Assembly: GCA_016186705.1 (NCBI GenBank) | Contig: JACPLB010000007.1 | Coordinates: forward strand, 1-56,879 | Direction of reading: 5' to 3' | DNA from: Candidatus Kaiserbacteria bacterium | Lineage (GTDB): Bacteria > Patescibacteriota > Minisyncoccia > Phycocordibacterales > JABMNX01 | Length of the DNA stretch: 56,879 nt | Shown here: one piece after another, positions 53,824 to 56,879 of the stretch | How the letters are laid out: each line of letters starts with the position of its first letter | How positions within the stretch are numbered: position 1 is the stretch's first letter | The notes under the pieces: model-generated | The model's input: the letters and a program-made list of their open reading frames with translations, nothing else | Database searches by the model: none | What the model was told of the DNA's origin: nothing | Translations under genes and position numbers: made by a program

Positions 53824-55575
53824 CTACTCGTCCTTCAACAAGTTTTCTAAAACCTCTTTCGGCACTTCGCGCACATGAGGGGAAACACTCTCCTCTTGCG
53901 GTTGTGGTTGTTTGCGCTCTTCCGTTTTTGGCACTTTTATTTCCTCATTGACACTCTTTCCCTCATGCCCTTTTGATTTCTGAGCCGACAAGAGTGCGTC
54001 ACGAAGAGCGGAACGCTGTTCGGAAGATGGCCCTTTTATATTCTGTCGTTGTTTCAATTTAAGAGTGCTGAGTGAGATAGTGCGTTTTTCCTTTTGCGCA
54101 TATTGCGGGAGAGCATTGTTTTCTTTCCTTTGAGAATAGGGGCGGGGCTTTTGCTGTGCCACCTCTTGAACGTCTCTCCGGCTTTCTCTCCGACCGTCCC
54201 TTTGACCTTCTTTTTCGGAAAGCGGTATGCTCTTCCGCTCTTCTCTATCGCCCTGTCTTCGCATTGATTTCACAGGCACAACTTCCTCTTTTTTATTCCG
54301 CTCTCGTATGGACTCCTCAATTTTTTGGCGGGACCGCCCGAAGGTATCTCGTGAAGATTTTATAATTTCTTCTTTAAAGGTAACCTCCGGCTCCTTGATG
54401 GGCGGGAGTGTCGTTGCCGAGAAAGGCGGAGAGCCAACGCCGTCAATCATGAGTGTGAGGTAAATTTGTGCGAACCCGAGACTCACCAAGTCTTCTTGCG
54501 TAAATTTCGGCTTGAAAATGATTTCGAGCATTTCAGCATCAAGCGGACCGATTCGAAACGCGATAGTCGTGCCGACGTTCCCGAAGACCGCGTTTCGCAC
54601 GTTCTCTTCCATCTGTTCAACGTATTGATGCGCAATGGTAAGCGCGAGCTTATATTTGCGTGCCTCTGAAAGAATATCGGCGAACGAATCGTTCGCGATT
54701 GACTGAAATTCATCGACATAGAAATAAAACGGCGGAAGCTTCGCCTGTACGCTTGCCGGCTCGTCGGCGCGGGACATCGCCGAGAGGTAAATTTTCGTCG
54801 TAAGCATGCTCCCCAAAAGGTCGGCATTCGTCTCCCCCATTCGCCCTTTCGAGAGGTTTGCGATGAAAATCTTTTTGTTGTCCATGATTTCCCGCATGTC
54901 AAAACTCGACTTCGGCTGTCCAATGATATTGCGAATTAAGGGGTTGCTGGTGAATTGTCCGATTTTATTTTGGATTGCCGGTGTTGCTTCCTGCGTGTAA
55001 CGGTCCGTGTATCCGGCAAATTCTCCTTCCCAGAAATCTTTCACGATAGGGTCGGTAATGTAGTTAACTACTTTTTTCCTGAAGACTTTGTTCACCAGCA
55101 TTTTATTGACGTCAAGGAGCGTTGAGTCCGGGTATTCAAGGAGTGCGAGGAGCGTGTTTGAGAGAATGTACTCCATTCGTGCAGACCACGCATCAACCCA
55201 AATCTTCTGAAACGCACTCATGAGACCGGAGACAACGAGGTGTCGTTTGTCGTACCCAACGTCTTCCATTACGTTAAATGCCACCGGGTAGTCCATGTCA
55301 AATGGGGCAAAGTAGACGACATCAGAAATGCGGTGTTTCGGCACGTAATCGAGAAGCTTCTCGGCAGTCGAGCCGTGCGGGTCGATAAATCCAACCCCTT
55401 GTCCATGCTGGATGTCCTGTATTGCCATGTTCTCAAGAAGCGTCGACTTCCCCATGCCGGTCTTTCCGATAATGTACATGTGCTTGCTTCGGTCGCTCGA
55501 TTTGATACCGAATGCTTGCTTCTTACCGCGCGCATCAGTCGCTCCGATGTATGTAACATAGTCAAGATTCATCAT
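53824..55575 (-). CDS. Soluble VirD4/TraD/TraG-like (type IV coupling protein-like) P-loop ATPase with a long charged C-terminal tail
   Basis: Walker A IIGKTGMGKSTLL, Walker B FYFYVDEFQS, and TIAHQYVEQM. There is no N-terminal TM. The last ~180 aa are a K/E/R/Q-rich low-complexity region. Confidence 0.75.
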   Translation of the reverse strand: MMNLDYVTYIGATDARGKKQAFGIKSSDRSKHMYIIGKTGMGKSTLLENMAIQDIQHGQGVGFIDPHGSTAEKLLDYVPKHRISDVVYFAPFDMDYPVAFNVMEDVGYDKRHLVVSGLMSAFQKIWVDAWSARMEYILSNTLLALLEYPDSTLLDVNKMLVNKVFRKKVVNYITDPIVKDFWEGEFAGYTDRYTQEATPAIQNKIGQFTSNPLIRNIIGQPKSSFDMREIMDNKKIFIANLSKGRMGETNADLLGSMLTTKIYLSAMSRADEPASVQAKLPPFYFYVDEFQSIANDSFADILSEARKYKLALTIAHQYVEQMEENVRNAVFGNVGTTIAFRIGPLDAEMLEIIFKPKFTQEDLVSLGFAQIYLTLMIDGVGSPPFSATTLPPIKEPEVTFKEEIIKSSRDTFGRSRQKIEESIRERNKKEEVVPVKSMRRQGDREERKSIPLSEKEGQRDGRRESRRDVQEVAQQKPRPYSQRKENNALPQYAQKEKRTISLSTLKLKQRQNIKGPSSEQRSALRDALLSAQKSKGHEGKSVNEEIKVPKTEERKQPQPQEESVSPHVREVPKEVLENLLKDE

Positions 55576-55581
55576 AGTGCT

Positions 55582-55610
55582 AGTATACCCCGTGAGATAA
55601 GTAGTCCCAA
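55582..55610 (-). promoter_or_regulatory. Candidate promoter TTGGGA-17-TATACT whose -10 box ends 6 nt before the ATPase ATG (leaderless-type)
   Basis: On the minus strand, -35 is at 55610-55605, -10 at 55587-55582 and the ATG at 55575. Confidence 0.3.
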
Positions 55611-55775
55611 ATATATCGCAATTTTCCTTACTCCTTATCAGGACAGCGTTAAGTATTCTGTCGTTTATATCTCATGGAGTATAACGCATCCAAATGTGGG
55701 ACTTTAAATTCCTGCCGATTCGTCCGCTCGGAGTGTCTCTTTTATATATCGATTGCTTGGGTCCCCCGCCTCGCC

Positions 55776-56879
55776 CTATGGGCTTTGGCGGGCAGGCGCC
55801 GAATCCAAAGACGGCTCTAATGCTGACGTCGTATAGACATTAGAAGGATTCCATAACATCCAAGAGCTGAGACCGGCGTCGTAGGTTGCCTGTATCTGCG
55901 CCCTCACCTCCTCAGCGCCGTAATCCCCTCCATAATCGAAATCCTGAAGCCACGGGCGGAGTTTTGAAGGAGTTGAGCTCGCCATAATCATCCGCTCGAC
56001 ACCTTTAAGCATTGAAAAATTCACGACGCCGTAGACATGCTCGTTCGGGTTCTCCCAGCCATTGAATCCTTTCGGGTAGTGCGACGGGTAGACCATCGGC
56101 GCAATGTAGTCAAAATACGGCGCCGCGTACTCAAGAACCTGCCCGATATTCAGGTCGTCGGGATTTGTCATCGTCATACCAAAAAGGTCGGCAGAGAGGA
56201 CCGCGCCCGTGGGTTTCAAGCGGTTCTGAAGATACGCGAAAAATTCCCGGAGTACTTTTGCCTTTCCAGTATCCGGGTCAGCGACAATCATTTCTTCGCT
56301 GAACGGATAGTAAATATCGTTCATATTTCCGTCAGAAGGAAACCGAATGTAATCAAAATTAAGCTCGTCAAATCCAAGCGTGTAGGATTCCTCTCCAATC
56401 GCGACGATGTAATCCCAAAATTCTTTCGCTCCGACTTCAATAAAAGAAAGCCCTTTGTAATCTTTCCACACCGCGTTTATGTCGCTTGAGCGCTTGACTG
56501 CCAAATCAGGGCGGAGCTTCGTGTAAAACGGGTCCTGAAACACCGTAATCCTTCCGATGACGTAGATATTTTTTTCATGGAGCGCGCCGATAAACTCTTG
56601 CAAGTCAGGTGCGCGACATCCCTCTCCGATGTTAGCTTTAAGAAGAGGATGTTGGCTTTCAAATATGAGGGTTCCGCTATAATCTTTAATGTCAATAACC
56701 ACGGAGTTGAGTTCGGTATTTTCAATCAATTTCACTAACGAGTTGCGGATCGATGGAGTTCCTGCGACGCACTGCGTCAGGTAGATTGCTTTAACCGGCT
56801 CCGGCGTGTTTTGATGAGTGACAACAAATGTTTCTTCTTCTATAGTGCTTTCTTCCCCAGAGAGCACGGGAGGTTGGGA
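55776..56879 (-). CDS. 5'-truncated putative glycoside hydrolase (DUF4015/GH-like TIM barrel)
   Basis: The frame stays open upstream of the tracked GTG 56867 to the window edge. VKAIYLTQCVAGTPSIRNSLVKLIENTELNSVVIDIKDYSGTL.. and FDELNFDYIRFPSDG are typical of the DUF4015 putative glycosyl hydrolase family. Confidence 0.65.
   Translation of the reverse strand, partial: SQPPVLSGEESTIEEETFVVTHQNTPEPVKAIYLTQCVAGTPSIRNSLVKLIENTELNSVVIDIKDYSGTLIFESQHPLLKANIGEGCRAPDLQEFIGALHEKNIYVIGRITVFQDPFYTKLRPDLAVKRSSDINAVWKDYKGLSFIEVGAKEFWDYIVAIGEESYTLGFDELNFDYIRFPSDGNMNDIYYPFSEEMIVADPDTGKAKVLREFFAYLQNRLKPTGAVLSADLFGMTMTNPDDLNIGQVLEYAAPYFDYIAPMVYPSHYPKGFNGWENPNEHVYGVVNFSMLKGVERMIMASSTPSKLRPWLQDFDYGGDYGAEEVRAQIQATYDAGLSSWMLWNPSNVYTTSALEPSLDSAPARQSP

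Noticed and set aside
1-56879. Alternative genetic code (TGA as Gly or Trp) as the explanation for the gatB in-frame TGA
   Set aside because: All other conserved genes (secA, murB, obg, gmd, fcl and others) are uninterrupted under the standard code. TGA also terminates ORFs 4322..5539 and 33469..34977. A recoded lineage would show many in-frame TGAs.
1-56879. Search by eye for tRNA/rRNA genes, CRISPR arrays, integrases/transposases, toxin-antitoxin pairs and known defence genes
   Set aside because: I saw no T-loop/acceptor-like tRNA signatures, no regularly spaced short repeats and no recombinase-like ORFs. Intergenic space is small apart from 17685-18140. tRNAscan, Infernal or minced could still find something I missed.

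Overview
This 56.9-kb window is almost entirely coding: about 49 protein genes, 42 of them on the minus strand. I recognised no rRNA, tRNA, CRISPR array, transposase or integrase. The gene content looks like a small-genome uncultured bacterium (CPR/Patescibacteria-like), but that is inference only.

Layout:
- (i) 1-5539: four paralogous membrane-anchored Cys/His-rich proteins plus two His-rich, Cys-less cupredoxin-like domains. I cannot place these in a named family.
- (ii) 5639-10141: two adjacent genes whose N-terminal excisionase-type HTH domains are tethered by a TM helix to extracytoplasmic parts. One is a GC-rich 1091-aa fibre-like protein with seven G-[IV]-G-T-x-x-P-x-x-x-L-x-V repeats. 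The other has a duplicated HTH containing a 78-bp perfect repeat.
- (iii) 10259-17684: housekeeping genes. These are gatB (one in-frame TGA at a conserved Cys position), obg, a TVP38/DedA-type protein, a DUF360 holin-like protein, secA, a 42-codon Arg/Lys-rich mini-ORF and murB.
- (iv) 17685-18140: an intergenic region with a promoter-hairpin-terminator unit (candidate ~72-nt sRNA or leader) and a 48-bp perfect palindrome.
- (v) 18141-52392: a ~34-kb AT-rich surface-glycan island.
  - Export and transfer genes: an O-antigen-ligase/TPR protein, a Wzx-type flippase, about 12 glycosyltransferases (GT2, GT4, GT9, GT47-like, GT-C) and a CE4 deacetylase.
  - Sugar-tailoring genes: 5 SAM methyltransferases, gmd, an fcl-type synthase and a ColD-type 3-dehydratase.
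  - An unusual operon: KpsF-type isomerase, HldE-domain-I-type kinase, compact fused TPP enzyme, Zn-ADH, GT9 and C-methyltransferase, with a convergent GC-rich radical SAM/SPASM gene.
- (vi) 52405-56879: a lamin-tail/PKD surface protein, a soluble VirD4/TraD-like ATPase and a 5'-truncated DUF4015-type glycoside hydrolase.

All functional calls come from reading the translations by eye. No database search was run.
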